From: Raillietiella orientalis
Taxonomy: Eukaryota
DNA: 64,000 nt
Assembly (NCBI GenBank): GCA_036172245.1
Contig: JAYWIR010000027.1
Location: forward strand, 186,001 to 250,000
Direction: 5' to 3'
In this document: positions 13,852-26,486 of the stretch, piece after piece
How the letters are laid out: every line of letters begins with the position of its first letter
How positions within the stretch are numbered: position 1 is the first letter of the stretch
Notes under the pieces: generated by a model
Told to the model about the DNA's origin: nothing
The model's input: the letters and a program-made list of their open reading frames with translations, nothing else
The model's database searches: none
Position numbers and translations under genes: made by a program

Positions 13852-13937
13852 ATGCTGCTGAGCAAGTCCAAGCACAGCTACTCCTTCTCGCTCTCGCGCG
13901 GCCGCCGGGACCGCAGGAACTCCATCTTCGAGCCAAG
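13852..13937 (+). CDS. Shroom: Candidate first coding exon (MLLSKSKHSYSFSLSRGRRDRRNSIFEPR)
   Basis: ATG-opened, coding-like codon use, donor AG|gtaggg, phase 2 (in frame with 37901); preceded by a CpG-dense leader with tandem TGACGT motifs near 13564. Confidence 0.55.
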
Positions 13938-16900
13938 GTAGGGTGGGGAGGAAAGGCGACCTCTGTCCCGGGAGGGGGGGGAGAACTCGCAAGAAGGGAG
14001 GAAGGGAGCGGCGAATACTTGCAACCTCCTTGTCCGGAGCAGGCATCTGGCTCGCAAGGTGCTGATTCCCGGCATCTTCCTCCCCCGGGTGGCGCGCGTA
14101 TCTCTCTGGCAACGTCCGTTCGGTTCCCCGTTCGGGAGACGCGCCCGGAAAGCAAACGGCTGCTGCGGGACGAACGAGCGTGCGCGAGGCGAAGGGCAGC
14201 GGAATTCGGCTGCGTCAGGGCCAGGTGGGCACCCCCTCGAGTCCTCCCACTCCCTTCACTCCTGTCCCGTCGTTTTCGAGTCGACGGCGGCTCAAGACGA
14301 AGGGGAAGAGGGAAGAATGCGGGAACAATCACGCGATCCGGGAGCGACTCGCTCCCCCGTTCCTTCCTTCCTTCCTTCCGCAGGGATCCTCCGCGCTCCT
14401 GCCTCCGGCTGCTCCAGACGGGGAGGAGGAGGACGTGAGGAGCTCCCCACGCCGTTGCCTCGCGACGGCGGCGGCGGCGGCGGCGCTGCTGCTGCTGCTG
14501 CTTCCGCGTCTTCGGACGGTTGCCCGCAGCCGGATCACGGTCAGCTTCAAGGCCAGCGGCCCTTCCGGCGGTCGCAGGCGCACGCGCGAGAGGGCCCCGA
14601 GGGCGTCGCCGAGCAGCCGGGCGGACCGGCCATCCGCCTGCCAGCTGGTCTCTCCGGAAACGACCAGCTGGCGGACCGAGGGTTGCCGGGGAGAAAGGGG
14701 GGGTGAAGTCCCTCCGGTGGTGCCGCTGCTCCCCCCTCGCCGGCACGATGGGCGCTCTGCGGCGAGGGCGACCGACCGTATCCTGGCCTCCGACTTCCCT
14801 TGCCGGGGGTGGGGCCGTCTGCCCGTGTACTTCGCGTCCCTCCCGCCTGTTTGCCCGAGGGGCGTGGCGGCTTCCGCCCCCTTCTTCCCCGCCCCCGTCG
14901 GGCGAGCACCGGAGGGGCGGGCAGCGGTCGTCCGGGAGGTGCTGACGAGGCCCCCATGTCCAGCCATCAGCTCTGCAGCAGAAAGGCTCTGGGGTAAGGG
15001 CTTCCCCGCGCGTCCGTCGATTCCTGGATCGCCGAAGGCGCGTCGCCCTCGCAGTCTTCTTGCCCGCCTCGGCTCCTCCTCGCCCTTCCCCAGTTGCCAT
15101 GGTTCGCACGTAGCGGTCGTGTGCGCTGACCGCGTGCGGAAGTCGCCTCCGGCTGTCCACCCGACCTCGCATCGCTCCCGGCGGCCGCCACGGAGTCGAA
15201 GGCACCCGCGCCGGTCCTCGCCCGCATGCTGATGCTGCCGCTGCCCGTTTCGCAGGCGGCGCGCCATCGCGACAGCGGCCCGCAGGGGTCCGGAAGGGCC
15301 ACCTGCATGTACGTGTGCAAGTCGTCTACACCGCCACCTCGGGAGGAAAGGGAGCGAGCACCCACTCGCCGACGAAAGGTTTCAAGGACGGATAGGACGC
15401 GACCTCTGACCCGCGTGGTGTGCACGGCCTCGGTGGATCCATGGACCCACTCCCCTCTCGCTGAAGAGTGGGGTGGGTGCCCTCTCGAGCGGTCCCCTGG
15501 AGTGAGACGGGGACAAGAGAGGGCGGAAGACGAATCTCCGCGCTGCGCTCCAGGGAACGGAGGCGGTCTCATGGGGAGACAGCTAGGGTCCTGGCATTCC
15601 CAAGGCTAGCCCGTCCAGGAGGGAAGCGGTCGGAGGATGGGGGAGACCGACCCCAAGAAGCGTTCCCAGCCCGCTCCGACTCGCCTCACGGCAGCGGGTT
15701 CTCTCGTTTGGGTCGGATACTATGGTGACCGCGTCCCGCACGATAGCGCTTCCCCCGGGGCGCGAGAGCGGCCATAGGATTCCAGAGGGCAGGAAGGGAC
15801 TTCCCCATCTCCAGATGGGGTCTTGCGTGCACCCCCTGAGGGCGGCAAGAGCGAACTCTCGCCCCGGACGCGCGCCGCGCCACCTGTCGTCGCTTCGCGC
15901 TGCTCCCTGCGCGCCGATCTTCCCGGAGGATTCGTGGCATCGTCGCTTCGACTCCAGTCGAGCTCGCGAGGGGGATCTGACCAAGGGCTGGAAGCGCCTT
16001 TCCCAGAGAAGCGCCGGGATAGACGGCTGGCGGGGTGCTGCGGCTCCCGGGAACGCGGACGCTCCGTCGTTCTCTCTCATCAGCGTCCCGTTGCGCGGCA
16101 ACGGCGCGCCGGAGACAGCCAGCCATCACGGTACCCCGAATGCGGGTCTTCCGTTTCACTTCGTCTCGCTGTTTTGAAACCCGAGGAGGGCAACGAGGGG
16201 GCTGTCTTGACGACCCCGGGGCGTCGAACATTTTCGCTAGGTGCTACTCCGGGACGTGCAGAGGCACGGGGAGCTCTGGCAACCCTGCGCGCAGGGGTTG
16301 CCAGACAACAGCGTGTTCGGAATGCACGCACAGAGACTGGCGTTATATCCGACCCGGTCGAGGGTGCTATGAGCGCCAGAGATGTCGCCGGCACTCGAAG
16401 CAGCGAGTCACACTCCGTTTCGTCCTGAACAGGTGCGGGGGGAGTAGGGGAGGAAAACAGGGGGGAAGGTGTTTCGCCTCCCCCCCTCGCCATTTCCGCG
16501 CAATCCGATGGACGCCACCCTCCCTGCAGGAGACTCCAAGACTTGCGTCTCGTCGCTGCGTCTCCTCCACACGCGACGGGACCGCGAGTAGCCGGGGTGA
16601 TCGCTGCCGCTCCGAGTCCGGAATGAGGAAGCGGCGGCGGAGGGTCGTCTGTTCCCGCCTGGCCCGCTACTCCCCGCCTCCCTCCCTCCAGGGAGTCGGA
16701 GTTCCCCGAAGAGAACCCGAGCGGTCGGGTGGCACCGGAAAGCGGAGGAGGCACCGGGGTGGGTCGTCCCTGCGCGCGGAGAGCTGGGGAGCGGTCCCGG
16801 TTCCCGCCCGGGCGGGATGGCCATCCGATGCGAAGGGTCAGGACGGCCTCCTTCCTCGGCGCCTCCTGGGAGAGGCGGCGATGCCCCCAGCTACGCGTCG

Positions 16901-19060
16901 GCGAGAGGCTTCCCGTTTTCGTGGCGACAGTCGGCGAGATTCGAGCACGCTGTGGAGCCGCGGAGGGGCTGCGTGTGCCCCGGAGACCAGGGGTATGCGC
17001 GGCCACCCTGGAGACCTCACCCCGGTGTTTCCTTCAGCGGGAGGAATAGCTGCCGCCGCACTTCCGTGCTTTCCGAGGGCGAGTCCGCAGAGGCAACCCC
17101 TTTCTCCTCTCAAGGGTCGCAGAAGGGAGGGAGGAAGCTGCTCCCAGGCCTCGCCAATCGCCTCGGGGTGAAGGGACTGCCCGCTCGCGCCCCCCTTTCC
17201 CACTCTGCGGAGGCCTCCTCCCTCATTCTCCTGTGGTCCAGGGGCGCACGGGTGAGTCGCTGTCGGATGTCGTCTTTTGCCGCGCCCCTGGTGCGGGCCG
17301 AGGTCACCTGGCCGCACCTCCGTGTTCTTGCACCTCGCGCTCCAAGAAGCGAAGCCACGTCAGCGGCAGCCCCGGTGCTCATCCTCGCTCTGGCCTGAAT
17401 CGTCTCCTGCCCGGGGCCGAAGGGAAGACGAGAAGTGCGCGTGTAGGAACACTCGAAACACTCACAAAAGCAAAAAAAACAAGGGAAGGGAGGGAAGGCT
17501 TGGGGTTTCCGGTGGCGGGTTCGTCTGGCAGCGTCTTCGCTCTGCAGCTTCCTTCCTGACACGGGCGGAAGCGTCCCGGCGCGCGCGATCTGCACGCAGA
17601 CGGGATGCTGCAGCGGCTACCCCGTACGGACTCTCTGCAGAACCTGCCGGCTCCTGAAAGCCTGTCCGGCGGTGGGGGGGGGGGGCAGCCGGTCGCTGCG
17701 ACGGCCCCGCAGCGACGCGTCCGCCCGTCCGCCCGCCGCCCCTGATCAGATAGCGGGGTCGCGTTCCGCGCGCGCTGCTCCATCCGCCTCGACGCACGCT
17801 CACGGTCCAGGGAGCGTGCGGTTGCTCTGGGTGATGGCAGCTGATCTCGGGCGATCGAATTCTTCTCGAAGAGGAGGAGCATGAGGGGGGAGGGGAGGAA
17901 GGAATTCAGGTGATCTTCCGGCCGAGGTCTCTCGCTGGCTGGCCGACATCTTAGCAGACTCCCTCCTGCGGGATGGGACGGTGTGCCGCTTGACTGGAGC
18001 TGTGACCTCGGGTCAGGCAGGTTCATTTGCTGCTCTTGCCGAGCACCCCTCCGTTCCCTGCCCGGCCTCAGGGGGAAGCCATGGATCCAGGCTACCCCTT
18101 CTTCGCTTGGCGCCGCGCCCTGCCTGCCTCCCCCGGGGCGGCCGCCTCCAGTTTTCGCCCTCTTCCGTCTCCAGGGAAGTCCCAGGTTCGGGTTTTCCGG
18201 AACGAACTCGCCGTGCGCGAGTGCCAGAATGTCTCGCTCTCCGAGACCTGTCCTCCTCCCCCGTCCCTTTCCCCACTTCGTCTCTCGACGCCTTCCGGCT
18301 CCCGTTTCCTTAGCGAGTCCAGTGCGGAGGGCTGCGAGCGGGGACGTCGCCCTCGGGGGGAGCTGCTGGCCGCGCGCGGTGGACGACTGCAACCGGACGG
18401 AGGTGGGATAGGACGGCGCTTCCGGTGAAGAGGAGGCGACCCCCTCGCGCCCTCCCTTCTTCCCTGCGGGAGGATCGTTCGAACGCTTTTCGTGGCGCCC
18501 GCCGCAGGAGGGTCGGCGCTCTGTCCACCGAGGGGGGTCACCCTTGCGCGCGCCTCTTCGAGGGCTGGGGTGTGGCTGAGGCGAAGGGCCTGCGAGCTGT
18601 CCGCTCGGAACGCCGGCGGCAGCAGCGTTCGCGCGCGTCCTCGCCCGGCATTCTGCAGGCGATGACCTTCTCCCCGCCGCCGCTGGAAGAACAGGGATTT
18701 TTGCCTCCCTGGATGCTGCTCCGTCGGCAGAGCCGCCGGGAAGCCACGGGTTTCCCTGGGAGGCAAAAATAACAAAAAAAACAGGTGCGTCTCCTGGCCG
18801 TCGCGAAGGGAGAGAGATGCGATGGCACCAGTGAGGAGGACTCTGGGGCCCGCCCGGCCCCGCGTCCCGGTACGGGCTGGTTCCCTCCTTCCTCCTCCTC
18901 CCCTCACGGCAGAGTCCGTTCGCGCAGACCGTGCACTTCTTCCGCGGGATGCATCCGCCTGTTTACTCTCTCGTGCTCGCGACTGATCGATGATTGGTGC
19001 ATCCACGGGGGCGAGGAGGAATCGGAAAATGCCGCCGAGACGCCTGGGAGTTTTCCTTCC

Positions 19061-19080
19061 TGACGTCACGTCGCCATTTT
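19061..19080. promoter_or_regulatory. Adjacent CRE palindrome (TGACGTCA) and YY1/Pho-like (CGCCATTTT) motifs
   Basis: tgacgtcacgtcgccatttt; motif match only. Confidence 0.3.
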
Positions 19081-20447
19081 GTTACGGCAGGTTCGAACAA
19101 GTCTCGTCACCAACAGTCGAGGGAGAACAAGAAAGGAAAACCAAGAGAAGGCAATAAAAAAAAAAAAAAAAAAAAAGAGCTCCTCCAAGAACTCGCGATA
19201 CGCTGCGTGGTGGTGAATGGCTTCTGGTGGTGATCAGTGTGCTGATGACCTTGTAACCGCGACGGTGCCTGTGCTATACGCGATGCTACGGGGGGAGCAG
19301 AGATAGAGGAAAAGAGCAAGCGCACAGGATGACGGAAGTGACCGTTGGTTGGGACAGTTTCACTTGCGCGCCGTGGACTGGACTTTCCCGAGCGGGCACG
19401 CGGGCGCTTGGCGCGCGCAGATTGCGTAGCGCCCTCTCTCAGCGGCGAAGAGTTGGAATGGATGATGGTGGAGGGCCATCCATTTATGGCTCAGCGGGGT
19501 CAGCTTCGAGCATCTTCGTGGATCCAAGGGAGGAGGACATCTCAAAAGAGCAGCTCCCAGCTCCGATCTCCTGGATGCGTAAAATTCCGTGAAGCTTCCC
19601 TTTGCTCTCCCGCCGAGTCCGCCAGTCGGACGATCTGCGGTGACATCTGCTAGAGAAAACGCGAAACTCGGGAACGCGTTGAAGTCGAGCCACCACTGTT
19701 CTTTTTTTTGTTCCTAATGCCACGTGCATTGGGATGCCTATTTGGGAACTCGAGCCTCTTGCTCTTTGTTCACATCCGCACATCCGTCAGCGCGTGCACT
19801 AATGGTCGCGTTCTTGACGATTCAATCGCGCGGCTCGGCGAGGGTCGACCGACCGCGAGCGGAGCAACGGTGGAGCGCCCGGAGCTCCGTTTCAGGTGGA
19901 CTTGCGGCACCCCCGTGGAAACGCATGCCTTCCGACATTTTCTCCTCCTCCTCCTCCTTCATGCGGTGCGACTCGGGCCCATGATTGCCATTAGAGTTAC
20001 CGTTACTGTGGGGAGAAGGCCTTGCCGTAGGTCACGGTGCAGTGACGTATCTGAGCCGCATGCCATGCGGCTCACATACCGCCGAAACCTCCTGCTGTCG
20101 CTCCAAGAGGCCGCAGCCGTTGCTTCCCGCACGTGATATGTGCCGGAACACACGGCGTCCTGCGCACCATACCCGAGGGTAGGGTGGGGTGAGTGGAGGG
20201 AGGCGACCACCGTCCCCTGCAGTCCAGGGTGACACTTGGCCAGCGCGAGAGCTGCGCATGCGCAGCTTAGGCGGCGACGAGCGGGCAAGACACGTGGAGC
20301 ACGGCGCCAGTGTGCGTGCTTCAGGGTCTCGGACCGCGTGCCTGTCGACGCTCGGTTACGCTCGCCCGCAGGGGATGCCTGTCTTGCATCAGGCAGCGCT
20401 GGGCGCACACTGAATCTGCTTTTCTCACTTCCTCTCTCCCTCTTCAG

Positions 20448-20463
20448 GGACTATCCATCTCTG
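20448..20463 (+). other. Candidate 16-nt micro-exon
   Basis: Long pyrimidine tract cttttctcacttcctctctccctcttcag, then ggactatccatctctg, then donor gtaagc. Confidence 0.45.
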
Positions 20464-21390
20464 GTAAGCCTCCTTGCCACACCCCGGGAACTTTGGTCTC
20501 TCCCTTCCCCCCCTTCCCCCCGAAGACACACACATACACACCAAGAGGCGACTTTAGGCGCCTCCAAGCACTCGCCCGAGTCCGCGGGACACCACGATCA
20601 GGATATGAAGAGAAGCTGTGCCTCCGCCTGCCGATCAGCATATGACGTTTCCGCTTTCGTCTTCGCGGGCGCGCTCGGCGCACTCCGAGGCCTAACGTGT
20701 GTCGTTGTCGTGTTTGGGCCTCTCGCGGAGCAATGGGAAGAAAGCAGAGCCCCCTTTTCTCTCCCCCCCCCCCTCTTCCCCTTTGCACACTCCGAGCGAG
20801 CCTCGTTAGGAGAGTTCCGCTCGCGACCGCTGCTTCTGCAGCTCGCGTCGAGCGGAGCGGTTGCCGCGACAACCCCTAGGCGTTTTTCTGGCCGGAGAGA
20901 GCGTTCCCGGCTGTCACTGCTACCGACGACGGCGGACCGGGCGCATGGCGCAGCTGTGTGGGTCTGCGGCGAGGTTCCCGGCAGCAGACTTCTCACTTTC
21001 CGGACCCGGTTTCGTGGAGCGGGCGCACTCCGGTCGCCCGCAGCGAGTCAGCTCTTCCTGGATATTTTGGGGCGAATCAAGAATCGCCTGGGGCCATCTG
21101 GAGCGGGACTGCGGAGCAGGGACGCGCGAGCGGGGGAACCCGGGTTTTCCGCCACCTCAGGCCACCGGGGAAAGAACCGGAAGACGGATGGGAACGAGAA
21201 GAGGGTGTCACGCAAGTTCCGCCACCTTCGTTCCGCCGTGGCAGCAGCGTCGGGTTGCGAAGGAGCGCGCGCGCTGTCGCTCCCGGAGGGAAACCAGGCC
21301 CCTTGCACGGCGACGAATGCCAGCAGCGCTGTTGCCCCTGCCGCGATTTCTCTCCCCTCGCCGGTGTCCCGAGCCAGAAAGAAAGGAGAC

Positions 21391-21701
21391 GTCCTCCCCC
21401 CCACTCGCGGAATGATCCCACCCCTGGTCCCCTCGTTGAGCCCACGAGAGAGTCCCTTCCGCGACGCGTGCGCGTCCTGCGGAAGGCGCCAGTCGCCGCT
21501 GCAAGTACGGGTGGTCACTTGCCGCGGAAGGTGACGCGGTGGACGTCCCCGTGTTCGCCGGATGGACGGAGTGTCCTGGAGGACGTCTCCGTCGGAGAAG
21601 GAAGAGGGGTCGTGCGAAGGTCGAGCCTGGAGAACGCTCGTCGCTCTCCCAAAGACGCGAGGGGGAGCGGGGGCTGCAACCTTGGGGGCCAACCCTGGGG
21701 C
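21391..21701 (+). repeat. Direct repeat copy 1 (~300 bp)
   Basis: Near-identical to 23351-23649 apart from scattered substitutions and a 12-nt indel. Confidence 0.95.
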
Positions 21702-23350
21702 TGCGTGCGCGATTGCCGAGGGTGGTCGAGGCTCGAGGAAATATTCGACCCAGACGCCCTCCGGATGGGAGGGGGAGGGGTTGCAAGCGATGCTCGCGAA
21801 CCTGGCGGCCGATCCGGCGAACCACCGGCGCTTCGGCGGAGCGTGAGGTGTTCCCGTGCGTCCGGGATTTCCGTCGTTCGCGCCACCGGCGTTCTCGTCT
21901 GAGGAGATCCAATGTCGCGGCTGGTTGACCCGAAGGTGTACGCTGCTCTCGGCAGCACTGGAGAAAAAGACCCCCGAGGAGACTCTTGGGCTGTCCGCGA
22001 AATAGGCGGGTCATCCACTCGGCCATCCTTCCTGTTCTTCGCCCCAATTCTTATTGAGGAGTTTCCTCCCGGACTCAGGGACGTTTCCGGTACCCTTGGC
22101 CTAAGCCTGCGGCGACGAAGGTGCAGTTTTTTTGCCCCGCAGAGTTCGAACAGCAAGCGCCGGGGCAACAGCAGCACTGCTGCAGACTGCTGCCGCGGCA
22201 ATCTTTCCGTACGGATAGGGAGAAACGTGCGCTCTTGCAGGACGAAATGCGAACTCCTCGCTGACATCTAGCGGACCCTTCTCAAACTCTTGTTTTTCGA
22301 GATCCCGCCAGGACATTGCGGCTCTGCGGACGCCACGGAGGACGAGGAAGACTCGGCGAAAAGAAGGGGAACTGGGTGAGGAGGTCCCTTTTCCGGGAGC
22401 AGAGGTGCCTCCTTTTCGCCCCCTCCCCACTCCCTGACGACCTCTTTGCCTGCTTCGTAGGCAAGTCACTTGCTAATTCGCGGAGGTCTCAGGAGTGCTC
22501 ATACGACTGCGTGCTTTCCGGCGTTCTCGCTTAGCCTGAGAGCGACAGGCCAAAGGACAACACTCTCCAGCCGTGGACGCGTGTGTTTACGCGCGTACAC
22601 ACGAGCGCGCGCGATCGGTGCCTGCGCGTACACGCGTGGGTGTGTGCCTCTGTGTACAGACCCCAAACAAATGTTTGCGTACGCGTCCAGACGTGAATCC
22701 AAGGCCATGCGCATGCATGCTGAGGCTCCGGGAACCAACGCTTCGCTTTCAGTTCCCGGAGGGCCCCCATGCCCCCCCCCCCTCGACCCGGCAGTGTTGA
22801 GAGTCTCCTATACGTGCCGGGGAAGGGTCATCCTTCGCCTTTCTTGGGCTCCTAGAGCGACGCGCACCGAGCCCTCAGAGCAAGGCCTTGCTGTCGGCTT
22901 CTCGGGTGCGGTGGTCACTCGCTGCCACTGGCCTCCCTGACTGCGACCTTCCTCTCCCTCGGGACCTCTCGCGACGGGTGCTCCTGCGGGGAATTCTCTC
23001 GGGCAAGCGTCCCGCGTCGCTCCCCGTGAGCCTCTGTTTCTCCGGGCGCATCTGCGTGGTCTTAAGGAGCTGGCGAAACGGCTGCAGTTGCCTGGGTACC
23101 GGACGGGGGCGGTGCAGAGCCCAAGTCGCAGTTTGCCAATGGCTCGGGGACACGTCCCGTACTCGCGGGCGGGCTCCGGAAGGTACTCCTGCGACCGTCC
23201 ATTTCCCACCTCTCCTCCGGGACCCGCGGGACGACGTGGCTCCGTTCTCCGGCGCCGGACGTTGCGGCCCGACCAGAGCCCTCCCGGATTGTCTGCTGGG
23301 CAGCCGGGAACGCATCCTTCCGGGTTGCTGCGTGCTGCCTCTGGCCTTCC

Positions 23351-23649
23351 GTCCTCTTCCCTACTCGCGTGCTGACTCCACCCCTGGTCGCCTCGTTGCG
23401 CCCACGCGAGAGTCCCTTCCGCGACGCGTGCGCGTCCTGCGGAAGGCGCCAGTCGCCGCTGCAAGTACGGGTGGTCACGTGCCGCGGTGGACGTCCCCGT
23501 GTTCGCCGGATGGACGGAGTGTCCTGGAGGACGTCTCCGTCGGAGAGGGAAGAGGGGTCGTGCGAAGGTCGAGCCTGGAGAACGCTCGTCGCTCTCCCAA
23601 AGACGCGAGGGGGAGGGTGGACTGCAACCTCGGGGGCCAACCCTGGGGC
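23351..23649 (+). repeat. Direct repeat copy 2 (~300 bp)
   Basis: Near-identical to 21391-21701; offset ~1.96 kb. Confidence 0.95.
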
Positions 23650-24077
23650 GCGGGCGGAAGAAGAAAGCGTCTCCCCCTTCCGGGAAGGAGGTGGAAAGCG
23701 GGTGGTGCACGCCGCGCATAACTTGACAGCCGCGGGGCGACCGCTGGCGATCTTCTTCCAGACCGACCCGGGAGCCGAGAGCTCTCGGGAGTCGGGATGC
23801 GACGGGCCGGACCCCGCGACGTGCAAGGCGCAGCGCATCCACCGCCACCACGCGGCGCCGCGGCGGGAACGGCTGGCACGGCTACGAGCGAGAGCTTCCG
23901 CGCCTCCTTCGTAGCAAAAATCCCGTCCTCGACCGTGCGAAGGTCCAGCGTTCCAGCACGTCTCTCCTCTCGTGCCCGACGCGGCTTCCGACGTCTCTCC
24001 CTGAGATCCGCAGTCTCCTTCAGCCCTACCCCCCTCCTCCTCGAAAGCGATTCCTTGTTCCTCGTCACCCGCGGGAG

Positions 24078-24100
24078 ACACACACACACACACACACACA
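24078..24100. repeat. (CA)n microsatellite
   Basis: Direct reading. Confidence 0.9.
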
Positions 24101-24325
24101 AAAAAAGGAAAAAAGACGAAATTTCGCGACAGGGAGTTGCCAAAAAAGAAAAAGACAAAAAAAAAGAAAAAAAATCCGTTCACCGCGCGTTCCTGTCTCT
24201 CCTCCTCCCCTCCCAGCCCCCCAACGACAACACCTCTGTTGGCCAATTGGCACCTCCTCCTCCTCGTCCGCGTTTCGAAACCCGCATCGGGTTGACTCTC
24301 CGATGAAGGTGTCTCCCGCCGCTGC

Positions 24326-24352
24326 GAGGAGGAGGAGGAGGAGGAGGAGGAG
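24326..24352. repeat. (GAG)n microsatellite followed by G-runs
   Basis: Direct reading. Confidence 0.9.
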
Positions 24353-24898
24353 GGGGGGGGAGGGGGAGGGGACCTCGGAACGTGTTCCTACATGATGCAT
24401 CGGTCCGTTTAATCTGGTGGGTGCGCGCGTGTCGTTCCCTCCGGTCCGCAGTGCCACGCATCCCAGGTCCGTGCCGCCGCGAGAGCGCCCGGGAAATATG
24501 GCAGGCTTCACGCTGACAGGTTTTCGCCCATCAGGGTCGGTGTAAACAGTTGAGTTCGTTATCAGGTGGAGTTGCTGCCGGGCTGCACGCTGCCAGCGGC
24601 GCGGCACAATCCGCTGCTGCGATAAGGAATTTTCCTTTTCCGTGATGGCTTGAGGATGCTCGGAGACTCCCCGTGTGCAGAGTGGACCCCTTCCTTGTGT
24701 GTGTCGTTGTTGTTGTTGTTTTTTTTTCTTTTTTTTTTCCTCCCCGTTTGGTGGGGAGGAAAATCCTTTCGGGCATCGCAAACTCTGGTCTTGACCCTTG
24801 TCCGAGGAGTTGATGAGCCAGCGTTTGAAATGTACCTGCTGCGTTCCTCGATCAGCATGCCTTGAGGATACACCGACCAACCGGACTGTCCCTGCAAC

Positions 24899-24930
24899 AT
24901 GAAATTTCTGGATCGCATTCTTCAGATAAA
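24899..24930 (+). CDS. Shroom: Candidate alternative first coding exon (MKFLDRILQIK)
   Basis: caacATG start context, strong donor AA|gtaagc, 32 nt = phase 2, in frame with 37901. Confidence 0.45.
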
Positions 24931-25719
24931 GTAAGCTTTTGGCTAGTAACCGTTGCGCAGTGCTTGGAGTGGGGAGGGTGAAGCAAGGAATTTAGCCCCC
25001 CTCCCCCACCTTTCCGCGCGTGCTTGTTCGGAAGGAGAGGGCAGAATGCAGGACGAGTCACGCCTTCGGTCTTGGTGTTGCCAAGTCTGCAAGACGAACG
25101 GGTTTTATGCAGTAAGCGAGCAACTCTGTAGTCGTAGCAGCGGCTTCTTCTTTCTTTCTCTCTTTTTTTTTCTCTTTAAAAAAAAAAAAAAAAAAAGAAA
25201 TAAAAAACTGGAAAGGACAGCAACAACAAGAGCAAGAAAGGGTTGCGACGCAAGGAAACTGCACGTTTCCATGGGACCAGGTGCCCACGACATTGTTCTC
25301 TCTCGCAGAGCATTCAGCACCGGGGGTGGATTCCTGCATCGTTCATGGCCGTTCCGAAACCGCGATCGTTAATCGACACTTTGGTTACGTCACGCGCGCT
25401 CGGCGCGAACCGCCGACCTCCGCTCCAGCCCGCCGCTATTTTTATTGTTTCGCTGCTTTATTTTGCTGGTGGGGTTGCGTGGCGACGGACGAGGCGACTT
25501 CTTCGTGTTGCTTCTCTTTCCTCTCTTTGGCCTTTTGTAGGCGACGGGTTCGGTCGGAAGTGGCGTAGGAGTGGCGGTTTCCGATCTTTCCCTGCCTCTG
25601 CACTCCTTTCGGCACGATCCGGCCATCTCGCGAAATTACCGGTTCTGCGCGGCTGCTCCGCTGCGCATGCGTTTTCAGCAGGGCGCCGCTCACGGCCGCC
25701 GCGCCGGCCGGGCGTCGGC

Positions 25720-25810
25720 GAAGGAAGGAAGGAAGGAAGGAAAGCTTCCTCTCTCTCTCTCTCTCTCTCTCCCCCTCGCTCTCCCCCCCTCCTCCTCCTC
25801 CTCCTCCCCC
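25720..25810. repeat. Compound (GAAG)n-(CT)n-(CCT)n simple repeat
   Basis: Direct reading. Confidence 0.85.
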
Positions 25811-26002
25811 CTCCCATCCTCCCAACCGAGCCCGGACACCATTGTTCAGGGTGCGCACACCCGCGAGTGAGTAGGCTGGCGGCTGCTGGTGGGCGCCTGC
25901 GTGGATTGAGCTTTGCTCAGTCTTCGGATCACCTTCAGTGTTGCAAGCGGTTTCCTGGCAGTGGTGCTCGGCTGCTCGGAAGTGAATCGCGCGCTCTTTT
26001 AA

Positions 26003-26486
26003 CCCTTTGGGTGCGGAGCTCATCAGATCGAAACGTTCCGTGTCGGCGGCACGCGAGTCGCGGTTGCACGGAACGCTTTTTCGCGCACCGCGTGCTCCAT
26101 CGAGGTACCGACTCACTACATAAAGTGCTCATTGATTGTAATTGTTTATGTACACCACATGAAATGAAGTATTTCCATTGTTTTCCAAACACATATTATT
26201 TGTTTAAAAGTTGCCATTATGATTCGGAGAAATTCGTTCGCATTTTTCATGATATCGCAAAGACGAAAAATAGAAATTACATGCCACGCCGAGAGAAACC
26301 GAGAAATCGTTAGCCGATTAATCGATTTTGTTTACTGTCGTTGCTAAGGGAACTGTTGATAGTGTTAACTTATGCCGCGAGTAGAAGGTAAAACCATTTG
26401 CCAGGCGCGTTGATAGCTCTGTGCGTTGATAGCTCACGCTGATAGCTTTCGTCCGACCCATCTATGCGTCCACGGCGTTCAAAGGG
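26003..26486. mobile_element. Non-autonomous piggyBac-type element (MITE, 484 bp)
   Basis: TTAA|CCCTTTG ... CAAAGGG|TTAA (TTAA at 25999-26002 and 26487-26490); AT-rich non-coding interior; subterminal repeats (g/c)tgatagct. Confidence 0.7.

Noticed and set aside
12830..15205. 791-aa minus-strand ORF (and other long ORFs such as 6469-8031, 9114-10742, 51072-52640)
   Set aside because: Arg/Gly/Pro/Ala-rich translations with no domain; overlapping ORFs in all frames are expected at this GC content.
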